Shown here: positions 36,563-46,998 of the stretch, one piece after another
How the letters are laid out: each line of letters opens with the position of its first letter
Numbering within the stretch: position 1 is the first letter of the stretch
Assembly (NCBI GenBank): GCA_963674785.1
Contig: OY771555.1
Coordinates: 1,184,001-1,248,000, forward strand
DNA length: 64,000 nucleotides
Direction of reading: 5' to 3'
Source of the DNA: Caldisericia bacterium
Lineage (GTDB): Bacteria; Caldisericota; Caldisericia; JAAYUI01
The notes under the pieces: generated by a model
The model's input: the letters and a program-made list of their open reading frames with translations, nothing else
Database searches by the model: none
What the model was told of the DNA's origin: nothing
Translations under genes and position numbers: made by a program

Positions 36563-38137
36563 GTGAGGAAGGGTACTGCTATTTCATTTTTCTTGGTACT
36601 GATGTTTTTGATTAGCATCACTAGCAGTGGTATGATCTTTGGAATACAAAGTATTTATGATTATCGTTGGTTGACTAGTCGTGGTGGATATGAGAGGAAA
36701 ACTTATTGTAAAAAAACTATCCATTTCCCGTATAGTGCTTTATGGAATGCTGTTATACCACAAACACACTCAATCCTTGCCTATAAAGATTATTTGATCG
36801 TCATAAGACCAACAGAGGCAATTGTTTTTCAGCATGAGACGAAATCAGAATTACACACTGTAGAGTTCGATGGTAAGTGCCTTCCTGTTGTCTACAACGG
36901 ATTTTTGATGACAGTTAACAATAATGTTCTTGAGGGACATAATCTTTCCGATGGACTGTTAGAATTTGAATACAATATTGATCAAGGAGACCCTCTTTTT
37001 TTACTTCCCTACGATGACTTTATTATTATTGTTACAGATTCGAATTATCTTATAAAGGTTTCTGATAGTAATGTAGTTAGTAAACTTCTTCCAAATGAAA
37101 TATCTACTTCGCCTGTTATTTCAGGTGATAAAGTTGTTGTCGCATGCAATGATTATAATATCTATTTCTATGATTTTGATTTGAATCAAGTTGCTGTCAG
37201 CTCTCCAATTGGTGAGGTGACAGATTTGGTGGGTTTTGACGGCAAAAGTGTTGTTGCAGTAAGAAAGGGTGGTGGTTCTGTAGCTCTTGCCTTAGAAGAT
37301 GGGAAAAGAATATGGAGTAATCTTTATCCAAAGGGGAGAAATCTACACGCAGTTTCAGATGGCTCGAAAATGTACCTTTTGGGAAGCGATAGTGGAATCG
37401 TTGCAATAAGACCAGATGGAAGGACAATTTGGACTAATCGTAAGATATCTCCATCATATAGCGGAATATCTGGAAGATTGATATTGGTTTGCACCCGCGA
37501 TGGATTACTTCATCCTATTCAAACATCAACTGGACAATCCCACATGTTGTACGCTACACCTGGTAATGTTACATCAACTCCAACTATCTTAGACGATAAA
37601 GCCTTTTTGATATGCGGACCAAATATTGTAGAGCTCTCAACATCTCCATATAATAAGTACCTTGGTTTTGAGTGCAACTTGGATTTTGATTTGCTTTGTC
37701 CAGAGAAGGTCTACAAAAGAGATATTTTTGTAAAAAATATTTCAGATAACATCGTAAATGCTAGAATCTACTGTATGGTCAAAAATGCTTCTGTTTCAGA
37801 AGAATCATTGAAGTTGGTTCCTGGTCAAACCGCCAACATTGAGCTTACAGTAAAAACATTTGGAGAGATAAAGCTTCAAGAATGGGGAGAGCTGATTATC
37901 GATACTTCATCTTACAGATATAGACTGGGTGTGAGATACGTTGTTGAGCAAATCCCTGGCGATTGTAACCTAGATTGCAAGGTTGACGCAACAGATTTGA
38001 TAATAATTGCAACATGCATGGGAAAAAGGTCATACCATCAAGGGTACAAAAAAGCATATGATTTCGATGAGAATGGTATAATTGATAATCTTGATGTAGA
38101 GATTTTGATTCAAAATTTTGGCGTTGACAGAAACTAA
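36563..38137 (+). CDS. Secreted PQQ-like beta-propeller + Ig-like domain + C-terminal dockerin-like domain
   Basis: Signal peptide from GTG 36563 (ORF opens at 36536). Propeller W-repeats. GDCNLDCKVDATDL...DFDENGIIDNLD paired Ca-binding loops. Confidence 0.7.
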   Translation: MRKGTAISFFLVLMFLISITSSGMIFGIQSIYDYRWLTSRGGYERKTYCKKTIHFPYSALWNAVIPQTHSILAYKDYLIVIRPTEAIVFQHETKSELHTVEFDGKCLPVVYNGFLMTVNNNVLEGHNLSDGLLEFEYNIDQGDPLFLLPYDDFIIIVTDSNYLIKVSDSNVVSKLLPNEISTSPVISGDKVVVACNDYNIYFYDFDLNQVAVSSPIGEVTDLVGFDGKSVVAVRKGGGSVALALEDGKRIWSNLYPKGRNLHAVSDGSKMYLLGSDSGIVAIRPDGRTIWTNRKISPSYSGISGRLILVCTRDGLLHPIQTSTGQSHMLYATPGNVTSTPTILDDKAFLICGPNIVELSTSPYNKYLGFECNLDFDLLCPEKVYKRDIFVKNISDNIVNARIYCMVKNASVSEESLKLVPGQTANIELTVKTFGEIKLQEWGELIIDTSSYRYRLGVRYVVEQIPGDCNLDCKVDATDLIIIATCMGKRSYHQGYKKAYDFDENGIIDNLDVEILIQNFGVDRN

Positions 38138-38169
38138 AAAAGAGGCTCAAAATTTTTGAGCCTCTTTTT
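38136..38169. terminator. Bidirectional terminator
   Basis: AAAAAGAGGCTCAAAA-t-TTTTGAGCCTCTTTTT between convergent genes. Confidence 0.85.
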
Positions 38170-38194
38170 GTTTTAGGTTTTAGATTAAAAGATG

Positions 38195-39172
38195 TTAGGG
38201 GTATTGCTCGCCAGTATCTGTCTTGATCATCAATCTGTGAATATTCATTTTCCCACCGATGATGAAGAAATCTAGATGATCTGGATTCTTGTCATCTGTC
38301 CATGATACGTTTATAATTTTTTTCTCCTCAGGATCAAGCTTGAAGATATCCTCATCAATTTCAACGTCTCCACCTTTTGGTGTTTCAATGAAGACGGGTC
38401 GATCTAGTTTATTTGTTATCGCAATTGGTCCTGGTCCTGTGAGTTCCTTTGGGTTGAAATCAACTCCAGATGAAATGTTTACGGTTACTGGAACGATTGC
38501 GCTTGCTTGTGCGCCAGAAGATTCCTCAAGTGAATTGATAAATATTCTGCTATTCCATACCCCGCCTGTAGTTGCAACAGAGCTTGTCCTAACATAAAAA
38601 ATTCCAACTCCACCTGGAGCTATTATTTGGGATTCAGGACTGATATATAACCACGGCTCAATTGAGAAAGCTGCTACATTAATTGACTGTGACATTGGGT
38701 TGATAACAAAAACTTGCTGCAACTGTCCTTGCTGCATCTCAAGTGATCTTGGGATTGTTATCAGTTCAGGTGTTTCGTTAGAGACGTTTACGATAACCTC
38801 GACCTGCGATAAAACCTGTGATTTTTCACCAGATAAAACTTCAACCACGTCGACCTTTGCTCTGTATTTTCCAACTTCAAGATTGCTTCCATCAATCGTT
38901 ATTTCAATTTCATCATTCAAGTCCGGACCAACGATGCCTTTTGAAGGGTTTACTTCGAGCCAATCGGAGTCTTCCTCAACCAAGAACCTCTGATAGTACT
39001 CAGTTGCCCCCAAGACCTCAATTTTTTTTGTGTGAGTTTCCCCGGGTGGAATCGTTATTTCGAAAGAACTTGGATTCAATACGAAACCCGCTCCCGCAAA
39101 AAGAGGTGCGCCTAATCCTATCATAAGGATAGTAACTAACGTAACAATTGAGATAACCTTAATAACTTTCAT
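38195..39172 (-). CDS. Secreted BACON/Ig-like repeat protein
   Basis: Start reassigned to MKVIK (39172), giving a signal peptide; DWLEVNP and PWLYISP repeats. Confidence 0.7.
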   Translation of the reverse strand: MKVIKVISIVTLVTILMIGLGAPLFAGAGFVLNPSSFEITIPPGETHTKKIEVLGATEYYQRFLVEEDSDWLEVNPSKGIVGPDLNDEIEITIDGSNLEVGKYRAKVDVVEVLSGEKSQVLSQVEVIVNVSNETPELITIPRSLEMQQGQLQQVFVINPMSQSINVAAFSIEPWLYISPESQIIAPGGVGIFYVRTSSVATTGGVWNSRIFINSLEESSGAQASAIVPVTVNISSGVDFNPKELTGPGPIAITNKLDRPVFIETPKGGDVEIDEDIFKLDPEEKKIINVSWTDDKNPDHLDFFIIGGKMNIHRLMIKTDTGEQYP

Positions 39173-39348
39173 GTTTATATTATATATCAACATGCAGAAA
39201 GGTTCACAAGTCTCATGATGTAAACTCTTAACTGCTTTTATCAAAAGTAAATATATTAACAAATTGTCAACTCCTTTGAAAAATATATGGTTTTATATTG
39301 ATAATTATTTGCTACAATCATAAGCTGTATGTGTTATTGGAGGTAAAT

Positions 39349-42198
39349 GTGTACAAAAAAGTCGTATCAGTCTTGGTTTCTTTGATCATTGTTTTTTCTA
39401 TTGTTGCAATTGGTGATGTAAATTCTGAAGAAAAACCGCTACAAAAGTTTCTTTTGTCCTCAATTGGCTTGTGTAGATCCGCATTCCTCTCGTGGGAGAA
39501 GGTGCCAGATTCTCTAACATATATCGTTAAAAGGGACAATATTGAAGTAGCAAAGTTGTCATCAGAGGTTAACTATTATGTCGATTATGATGAAACCTTA
39601 AAAGAAGGCACTACACATGTTTATAAGGTGATTTCGGTTGATGCCAACGAAGAGCCAATTGCAGAATCTTTAAGCTCTAAAACTGAAAACATGTGCTTTA
39701 GTGAAGATGATTGTTACAAGAAACTTGAATATACGATTGATTCCTATATGTACAAAGTTGATGGGGAAATGTTTGGTCCTATGGATGCTCCACCACAGAT
39801 AATTGGTGGCAGAACTTTTTTGGTTATCAGATATGTTACTGAATCCATAGGCGCAGAAATTGCGTGGGATGGTGCTGAAAGAAAGGTAACAATAACCACA
39901 AAGGCAGGAAAGGTAATTGACTTGTGGCTTGGTAAGTCAACTGCAGAAATATATGGCGAAAAAGTAGAAATTGATCCAAATAATTCTGATGTTGTGCCTG
40001 TTATCGTAAATGGTCGAACACTTCTCCCGCTTAGGTTTGTTGGGGAGCAACTTGGTGCAGATGGAGAAAATGGAATAATCTGGCATCCGGAAGAAAAAAG
40101 AGTTGAGATGAATGTTTTTGATGAAACTTGCATACCGCCTTTTGAATGGAGACTGACGGTTGTTGGTGTTGATTCTGTTATGGGTACATTGGTTTGTGAG
40201 AACAGTTTTGGGATTGAATTTGATCTTGTTATGGATACATCATTTCCCATTGGTGTTGCTGAAGGTTCAAGAGTAGTTGTAAACGGTAGTGTTAGCCAAA
40301 CTAGACTTGGGGAGAGACCTGAGATTACTTGTAGCAAGATAGTTATAATAGATAAACCCGATCAGACTGATTCTTATAAGTGTAAGATTGTGTCGATTGA
40401 ATGTGGTGACAGAGATTCAACTATTGTTATAAAGAGGGATGATGGAGGAGAAGAGACCTTAAAGGTTGATGGAAAATCCATGTGTGGTTTGCAAACAGAT
40501 ACATGGGTTACGATTGATATTGGTGAAGACGGAGTTGTTTTTGATTGGGACTTCATAATTGATGAAATTGTTGAGGAAGAGAGCGAAGAGTTTGGTCCGG
40601 AAATGGTGAAAATTCTTTCGGTTGACTTTGACCAGAAAATAATCAGATGCAACAAGCCTGATGATTTTTATAAGGATTGGAGACGAGCGGAAGAGATTCA
40701 GTATCGATTCAGAGATGAGTTGTTGGTTTCAGAGGTTGAAGACCATAGGTGTTACAATATCTGGTACACAAGAAACCAGCTCAACAAAGAATTTCTCACA
40801 AAAATTGAACGAATTCCATGTCCACCACAATTTATAATCGACTATGTGAATGTTCCTGAAGCTGCAACAAGTGGAATGGGGAATAAGATAAAAATAAAAA
40901 TCACAAATCATAATGAATTCCCCAGGATATATGAGCCAATATTTAGATCAGACGAATTTAATGGGTATTTTCAACCAGATAATGAGGAGATTGAAGTATA
41001 CCCTGGTGAGTCGGGTTACTTCTCGATGAATTTTGTTTCTAGTTTCGACTTTGAAGGTGTAATGATATTTGAGGTTGGAGCGGTTTGTGATGGTGTAGAA
41101 CAGATTGAAGAGTTTGAGATTCTATTTGAAAAACCACAAATTGAAATTGAAAAAATACCATATGTTGTGAAAATAAGAAAAGGAAAATCTGACTATTTTG
41201 AGTTCAAAATCTTCAACAATGGAACTGAGAAGATAAAAGTTGAGACTTATGTTGAAGGGTATGATTTTCCTGGAAGAGTTTATATCAGTTCTGATACTTG
41301 TTGGGTGAAACCGGGTATTCCAAAAGAATGTAAAGTTAGGGTAGAATGGGACATGGATACTCCTATTGGAACCCAATATCCGATCGAATACGGAGCATCG
41401 ATCGGTGATTATACAGAGAAAACAAATGTGATGGTACAGTGTATTAGTGATTTGGCTCCTGAGATTGAAGGAAAGTTTTATTATTTGGGCTCAAATGAGG
41501 TGAGATTTGAAGGTGAAATCGATTGGAAAGGTTTAGAACCTTTGAGTCTTGCTTTCGAATGGGATGATTATGTTGACTGGGATGAGGACAGATTAATAGT
41601 ATGGGATGACTCATATGATGATTTCCCTGTAACTCATAAATTCAACTTGGTTGGCCATCACATTGTTTTAGCAAAAGCTGAGGCTAAAACCGGCGAAGTG
41701 GGTTTTGCTTGGGCATGGGTTGAGTTAGATGGTAAATACCCAGTGTCCTATATCACTGATGTAATATGGAGAGAGAGTGAACCGAGGAAATTCTGGCTCG
41801 ATGGGTTTATAAACTGGAATAAGCTTGAAAAGGGCAATATGGCAATCTATTGGGATGATGACGTCGTAACGTATGGATTACCATGTGAATATATATCAAA
41901 GATGATTTCGTTTATTCATATCGGTTCCTCAATAACAAAAGCGACATCTGGCGAACAATCATACAAGAATTTTGGATTAATAGGTTTTACTCCCTCAGTT
42001 AAATCCAATCCTCGCTTTGCTATCAATAACGATTTAAATAAAAACCAATCGATGCAAATTTTGAAAAATGTTGCATATGGAAGGATTATGAAACGTGAAA
42101 AAGTCTGTTATCCTGGTATTAGTTTTTTGTCTTGTGTTGATGACATTTCAAGCTCAATTCCTATCGGCAGGAGAACTGGGGGTTACCACACCGAGTGA
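39349..42198 (+). CDS. Secreted FN3-like + stalk + OB-like repeats + Ig + PKD-like protein (paralog 1)
   Basis: GTG with SD GGAGGT; signal peptide; GRTFLVIRYVTE and GRTLLPLRFVGEQLG. C-terminus overlaps the next gene by 104 nt. Confidence 0.8.
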   Translation: MYKKVVSVLVSLIIVFSIVAIGDVNSEEKPLQKFLLSSIGLCRSAFLSWEKVPDSLTYIVKRDNIEVAKLSSEVNYYVDYDETLKEGTTHVYKVISVDANEEPIAESLSSKTENMCFSEDDCYKKLEYTIDSYMYKVDGEMFGPMDAPPQIIGGRTFLVIRYVTESIGAEIAWDGAERKVTITTKAGKVIDLWLGKSTAEIYGEKVEIDPNNSDVVPVIVNGRTLLPLRFVGEQLGADGENGIIWHPEEKRVEMNVFDETCIPPFEWRLTVVGVDSVMGTLVCENSFGIEFDLVMDTSFPIGVAEGSRVVVNGSVSQTRLGERPEITCSKIVIIDKPDQTDSYKCKIVSIECGDRDSTIVIKRDDGGEETLKVDGKSMCGLQTDTWVTIDIGEDGVVFDWDFIIDEIVEEESEEFGPEMVKILSVDFDQKIIRCNKPDDFYKDWRRAEEIQYRFRDELLVSEVEDHRCYNIWYTRNQLNKEFLTKIERIPCPPQFIIDYVNVPEAATSGMGNKIKIKITNHNEFPRIYEPIFRSDEFNGYFQPDNEEIEVYPGESGYFSMNFVSSFDFEGVMIFEVGAVCDGVEQIEEFEILFEKPQIEIEKIPYVVKIRKGKSDYFEFKIFNNGTEKIKVETYVEGYDFPGRVYISSDTCWVKPGIPKECKVRVEWDMDTPIGTQYPIEYGASIGDYTEKTNVMVQCISDLAPEIEGKFYYLGSNEVRFEGEIDWKGLEPLSLAFEWDDYVDWDEDRLIVWDDSYDDFPVTHKFNLVGHHIVLAKAEAKTGEVGFAWAWVELDGKYPVSYITDVIWRESEPRKFWLDGFINWNKLEKGNMAIYWDDDVVTYGLPCEYISKMISFIHIGSSITKATSGEQSYKNFGLIGFTPSVKSNPRFAINNDLNKNQSMQILKNVAYGRIMKREKVCYPGISFLSCVDDISSSIPIGRRTGGYHTE

Positions 42199-44791
42199 TC
42201 AAAGTGAAGTAAGAAGCTTTGCTCTTTCAGTGCTTCCGGGCTGTGGGGATATCGTCCTCTCCTGGCAGGATGTTTATGGTGTTTCAACATTCAAAGTTAT
42301 GAGAGATGGCAAACAGGTTGCCATGCTCTATAATAATGAGACTGTTTGGGTTGACTTAGTACCTGAGGATGGAATAAATGAGTATCAGATTATAGGGCTC
42401 GACGATGAAAGAAATACAATATGTGAGTCATGGAAGATCGAAGCCAAAACGAGTTGTTTTGATACAGAGCTTTGCAAGACTGTCCTCAAATACAAACTTG
42501 ACTCAACAGATTATTGGGTGGATGGCACAAAAAAAGGACCAATGGATACCCCACCAGAGATAAACCTCGGTAGAATGTTTTTAGTTATCAGGTATGTAAC
42601 TCAAGAATTGGGAGCAGAACTCTCTTGGGAAGGCACAGAAAAAAAGATAACAATCACAACAAAAACCGGAAAGATTATTGATCTGTGGGTTGGGAGACCT
42701 CTTGCGATGGTTGATGGGGCATCTGTTATGATTGATTCAGATAATATGGCTGTTGTTCCCTATATAAAAGAAGGAAGAACACTTTTACCGATGAGGTTTG
42801 TAGCTGAACAGCTTGGCGCAACGGGTGATGAAGATGTTATTTGGGATGGTGCTACAAAAACTGTTACTCTTAAGGTTAGAGACGAGGATTGCCCTGAACC
42901 AGATATAATGTACTTTACTGTTTCAGAGATTGATTCTGCTAAGTGGTTAGTTAAATGCAGAGATTCAATGAGGAATGATGTTTATGTAAATCTGAATCAG
43001 GAGTATGCAATATTTAGCGCAACTTTAGAACCAGGACAAAAAATAAGAACTGCTGGAAAAGTTAGTATTGAGGACAGAAAACGGATTTCGATTGAAGCAA
43101 GATGGATAAAACTTGTTGATGAATCAAGTGTCGATGAGGTGATCTGTAAGCCTGTTAGTTGTGATGAAAAGAAATTGATCTACATGGGAAAAGTTGCGTC
43201 TGATGAAGAAGATGGCGTGACCAAAGAAGAGATTGAGTTAAATTATACCAGATCATTTGAAGAGCTTGAAAGCTCTGAGAATCGTTATTGTGTCAGACTT
43301 CTTGTGGATGAAAAAAAGAATATTATCTGGTGGGAGCCAGCAGTATTTATTTCAAGCAATGAACAAATAATAACGCACTCAATTGATTTGTTGGATGTTG
43401 ATAAAGAACAGAAACGTATCAAAGTAGAATATGATGATGGTGAACTTGAATACACCGATTGGATTTATTTCCCAATTGATTTTGAGTTTGACAAGTATGA
43501 TGATGGCGGATGTTATAAGGTTGATTATCAGATAAACGATGCTGGCAATAGAATATCAAAATCAAATCTTGAAGAGTATGACTGCACAGCTGCCTTTACA
43601 ATCACAAGTCAATCAGATGGAATTGAAGTTTATCCTGGGGCTGAATTTGTTGGCAAGTTTGTTCTCAGAAATATTGACACTGAAGATTCAACATTCAAAA
43701 CGGTTGCAGTTATTTCAATTGATGGGGAGGAAACTCAACTTGGTAGAGACACTCACGATATAAAATCCAGGTATAACAAAAAAATATCAGAAAGATTTAC
43801 TGCTCCAAATGCTGAAGGAAGTTTCAAGTTCGGTATAAGGGTTATTTCTGGTTCAACAAGTCGAACGTGCTGGGCAGAGGGCATATGTGTTCCGTTGGAG
43901 TTTGAGTTAAGCATTCCAAAAAAGGAGTATGAATTCCATCTCAATGAACCGGTCTATATTTCGGCATCTGTTTCTCATGAACATGATTCTCCGCTTCATA
44001 TAGTACCTTTTGTTGAAATTCCATCAGAAGCTCTTCAGAGAGCAGAAAATAGTGTTCTTGGAGGATTAGACGTCAGATCGGGAGTGGAAAAACCAGTAAA
44101 TCTTGTGCTTGACTGGATTTATACGAATGCTGTGGCTGGAGAATCTTACGAGGTTACAATTGGTGTAAGGTGCAAAGGTGTTTCTAAAACAGAGACTGTC
44201 GTTATAAAGGCTCTTGACTATATTCCACCAGAGGTTTTTGTTTCGAGTATTGAAAATGATGACTATAAAAAAACAACTATTTATGGAAGTATAAACTGGA
44301 ATAATCTTACACCTGATAGGATTGAGGTTGATTGGGGTGATGGAATAATCACTGATGGTGATATTTCCTTCCCATTATCACACGTGTATGAGGATTGGGG
44401 AGTGTACAAAATAAAAGTGAAAGTCATTTCTGTTGAGGGTGCATTTGCAGAAACTTCTGAAGAATATGTTTGTGAGGATCCTCCTCCACCTCCTCCTTTA
44501 ATTTCAAGTGTTGATTTTGGAGATAAGTTGCTAGACGATTACACGATTGGTTTGGATATTGAAGTTAATTGGCGTGATTATGTAAAAGGAAAGATTCATA
44601 TTGATTGGGGGGATGGTGAGAAAAGTGAATCATCAAGGACAGTTTATAAGCACAAATATCCAGAAGAGGACTTTTCTTCGTATATCTTAACAATTAAAGC
44701 GGTTTCAAGAGAAGGATATGAATCACCAACAAGAAAATTTGAGATATACGTCCTTTTCGGATGGTATATGCTTATAGGTGAAATTAGATAA
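42095..44791 (+). CDS. Secreted FN3-like + stalk + OB-like repeats + Ig + two PKD-like domains (paralog 2)
   Basis: Signal peptide; GRMFLVIRYVTQE, GRTLLPMRFVAEQLG; two DWGDG...H.Y motifs. Confidence 0.82.
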   Translation: MKKSVILVLVFCLVLMTFQAQFLSAGELGVTTPSDQSEVRSFALSVLPGCGDIVLSWQDVYGVSTFKVMRDGKQVAMLYNNETVWVDLVPEDGINEYQIIGLDDERNTICESWKIEAKTSCFDTELCKTVLKYKLDSTDYWVDGTKKGPMDTPPEINLGRMFLVIRYVTQELGAELSWEGTEKKITITTKTGKIIDLWVGRPLAMVDGASVMIDSDNMAVVPYIKEGRTLLPMRFVAEQLGATGDEDVIWDGATKTVTLKVRDEDCPEPDIMYFTVSEIDSAKWLVKCRDSMRNDVYVNLNQEYAIFSATLEPGQKIRTAGKVSIEDRKRISIEARWIKLVDESSVDEVICKPVSCDEKKLIYMGKVASDEEDGVTKEEIELNYTRSFEELESSENRYCVRLLVDEKKNIIWWEPAVFISSNEQIITHSIDLLDVDKEQKRIKVEYDDGELEYTDWIYFPIDFEFDKYDDGGCYKVDYQINDAGNRISKSNLEEYDCTAAFTITSQSDGIEVYPGAEFVGKFVLRNIDTEDSTFKTVAVISIDGEETQLGRDTHDIKSRYNKKISERFTAPNAEGSFKFGIRVISGSTSRTCWAEGICVPLEFELSIPKKEYEFHLNEPVYISASVSHEHDSPLHIVPFVEIPSEALQRAENSVLGGLDVRSGVEKPVNLVLDWIYTNAVAGESYEVTIGVRCKGVSKTETVVIKALDYIPPEVFVSSIENDDYKKTTIYGSINWNNLTPDRIEVDWGDGIITDGDISFPLSHVYEDWGVYKIKVKVISVEGAFAETSEEYVCEDPPPPPPLISSVDFGDKLLDDYTIGLDIEVNWRDYVKGKIHIDWGDGEKSESSRTVYKHKYPEEDFSSYILTIKAVSREGYESPTRKFEIYVLFGWYMLIGEIR

Positions 44792-44805
44792 TTATTCAGA
44801 AAATG

Positions 44806-44840
44806 GTGGTGCAGGGATTTTTGAATTCCTGCACCACTTC
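44806..44840. terminator. Hairpin terminator between convergent genes
   Basis: GTGGTGCAGG...CCTGCACCAC stem. Confidence 0.65.
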
Positions 44841-44844
44841 GATT

Positions 44845-45276
44845 CTATATTTTGCCGCTTTTCCTTTTTGAGTAGTATGAGATTTCGGTGTGTTTCTTGT
44901 ATCCAAGATTTTCAAATAGACTCATTGATTTTGTGTTATATCCTTCAATTAATGAAGCAACAATATAGATGTCCATTTCACCCAGTCTTATTTCAATCTC
45001 GGAGATAAGTTGTTTTGCAATACCTTTGCCTCTGTGCTCAGGGTGAACTGCTAGTCTGTTTATCCATCCTTTTCTTCCATCATGTGTTCCGAGAGCAACA
45101 CCTATCATTTTGCCCTCGTCATCAGTGGCTTTTAAAAAGATTGATTGTTCACCATTTAACTCTTTATAGAGATGTGCTATCGAATCTCTTCCATCTGGTT
45201 TTATAGGTAAACCAGAGTCTTTCCAAAGCTTATGAAGATTCTCTATGTCTTTCTTCGTCAGGGGTTTTATTTTCAC
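44845..45276 (-). CDS. GNAT-family N-acetyltransferase (YpeA-like)
   Basis: HDGRKGWINRLAVHPEHRGKGIA, LFENLGY. Confidence 0.9.
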   Translation of the reverse strand: MKIKPLTKKDIENLHKLWKDSGLPIKPDGRDSIAHLYKELNGEQSIFLKATDDEGKMIGVALGTHDGRKGWINRLAVHPEHRGKGIAKQLISEIEIRLGEMDIYIVASLIEGYNTKSMSLFENLGYKKHTEISYYSKRKSGKI

Positions 45277-46897
45277 TCTTTTTTATTCCCAATAATGAAT
45301 AAGTGATATTTGTACAGTGGTCACCAACTCGCTCAAGATTAGAAGCAATATCAAGATAATAAACTCCGGATTCGGGTTTGCATTGTTCAAGTTTTATTCG
45401 CTCAAAATGTTTTTCTCGTATCTCTTCTGTTCTGTCGTCAATTTCTTGTTCAAGTTTATTCATGCCCGATATCAAGCTGGTATCATAGTTTTCAAGAGCA
45501 TCATTTGCAATTTTGCAGGCTTTATCAGTAAGAGCGAAAAGCTCCATGAGTTCAGCCTCGCCATCTTTTGTAAACTCTACTCTGTGGTCTATGTATCCTT
45601 CAGCAAGTTCAGCAATATTTGTTGCGTGGTCTCCAATTCTTTCGATGTCGTGAACGACATGCAGGAGTGAAATCGACCTTTCTGCCTGATCTAACGAGAG
45701 TGATTTTTGAGTTAGTTTTGCGAGGAAAACAGTGATTTTGTTTTGCAACGTATTAACTGTTCTTTCGGATTGCATGACATCATGCATAATTTTGGCTTTT
45801 TTTGATGAGATCATCATCCTGGTTGTATCAACCATATTTCTTGCTATGTCAAGCATCCTTGTTAATTCTTGGGTAACTTGGGCAAGTGCAAATGATGGTG
45901 TTGCAAGAAGGTTATCGGTAATAAACCTGATTCCGTCCTCATGATCTTTTTCGCTTTCCGGCATTATCTTGTTTATCAATTTAATGAAAAGACCGGTGAA
46001 CGGAAGAATCAATACCGTCATCGAGATGTTAAAGAATGTGTGGTAGTTTGCTACCTGTCGCTTGAGTTCGGTGGATGTCATTGCGATAAGGTTTGATGTT
46101 GGGGTAAGTAGCAGAAGGAAGATAACTGCTCCCAAAACATTGAACAGTACATGAGCTAGTGCAACTTTTTTAGCTCCTCGATTAGATGTGTTTAGGGATG
46201 CGATGTAGGCCGTAACGCAGGTACCAATATTTGCACCAATAATCAATGCGATTGCACCGGTGAAGTTGAATCCTGGTACACCCATTGCTGAAAGTGCTAT
46301 TACGACACCTGTTGTTGCAGAAGATGATTGTATGATGGCGGTAAATACGGCACCAGCAAGCACACCAAGAATTGGAACCGCTGAAAGGTCTGCAAGGAAC
46401 ATCTGAATTCCTACATCTTTTTTTATAAAAATAAATGCGTCTTTCATGATGTCCATTCCGAGGAAAAGGATACCAAAACCTAGAAGAACCTCTCCGATAA
46501 AACGAATCTGCTTCCTGGAGCCAAACATCCTGAGTGCGACACCGATGGCGATTGATAACCAAATAGCCCAATCCATGAAATCAAGTGTGACAAGTTGAGC
46601 TGTTATTGTTGTACCAATATTTGCACCAAAAATGACTCCTACTGCATGTGAGAAAGTCATTATTCCAGCATTCACAAAACCAACGACCATAACAGTGGTG
46701 GCGGATGAGGATTGGATTATTGCCGTAATGAATGCTCCGACACCAACTCCGTATATCGGTTTACTAGTCAGTCTTCTGAGAATGTCTCTGAGTTTTTCAC
46801 CAGCGACCTTTTGAAGACCGTCACCCATTATCTGCATTCCAAGGACGAACAGAGCAAGACCTGCGAGAGCTTTTACAATATCAAACAAATAATCCAT
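45230..46897 (-). CDS. Na/Pi cotransporter family protein with C-terminal PhoU domains
   Basis: Two IQSSSATT / GANIGT repeats; DIERIGDHA and LERVGDHC. Confidence 0.93.
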   Translation of the reverse strand: MDYLFDIVKALAGLALFVLGMQIMGDGLQKVAGEKLRDILRRLTSKPIYGVGVGAFITAIIQSSSATTVMVVGFVNAGIMTFSHAVGVIFGANIGTTITAQLVTLDFMDWAIWLSIAIGVALRMFGSRKQIRFIGEVLLGFGILFLGMDIMKDAFIFIKKDVGIQMFLADLSAVPILGVLAGAVFTAIIQSSSATTGVVIALSAMGVPGFNFTGAIALIIGANIGTCVTAYIASLNTSNRGAKKVALAHVLFNVLGAVIFLLLLTPTSNLIAMTSTELKRQVANYHTFFNISMTVLILPFTGLFIKLINKIMPESEKDHEDGIRFITDNLLATPSFALAQVTQELTRMLDIARNMVDTTRMMISSKKAKIMHDVMQSERTVNTLQNKITVFLAKLTQKSLSLDQAERSISLLHVVHDIERIGDHATNIAELAEGYIDHRVEFTKDGEAELMELFALTDKACKIANDALENYDTSLISGMNKLEQEIDDRTEEIREKHFERIKLEQCKPESGVYYLDIASNLERVGDHCTNITYSLLGIKKSENKTPDEERHRESS

Positions 46898-46998
46898 AGA
46901 TGTTTATCTCCGATAACGTAGTCAACCTGATTCTAATAATTTCCGAATCCATAGCAAGTAGAATTAGAAGGTACATATGGATAAAAAAATATCCCTGC

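Noticed and set aside
39744-40337. 197-aa - strand ORF (also 54413..54937 and many other 60-140 aa track ORFs)
   Set aside because: These lie entirely antisense to or within well-supported genes and have the Ser/Thr/Ile-rich composition typical of shadow frames.
39349-44791. Diversity-generating retroelement acting on the tandem surface paralogs
   Set aside because: No reverse transcriptase, and no near-identical repeat pair differing only at adenines was seen.
44806-44840. Hairpin loosely resembling a tRNA T-arm or att remnant
   Set aside because: No TTCGA loop, no match to the tRNA-Val 3' end and no integrase. Its position between convergent genes fits a terminator.
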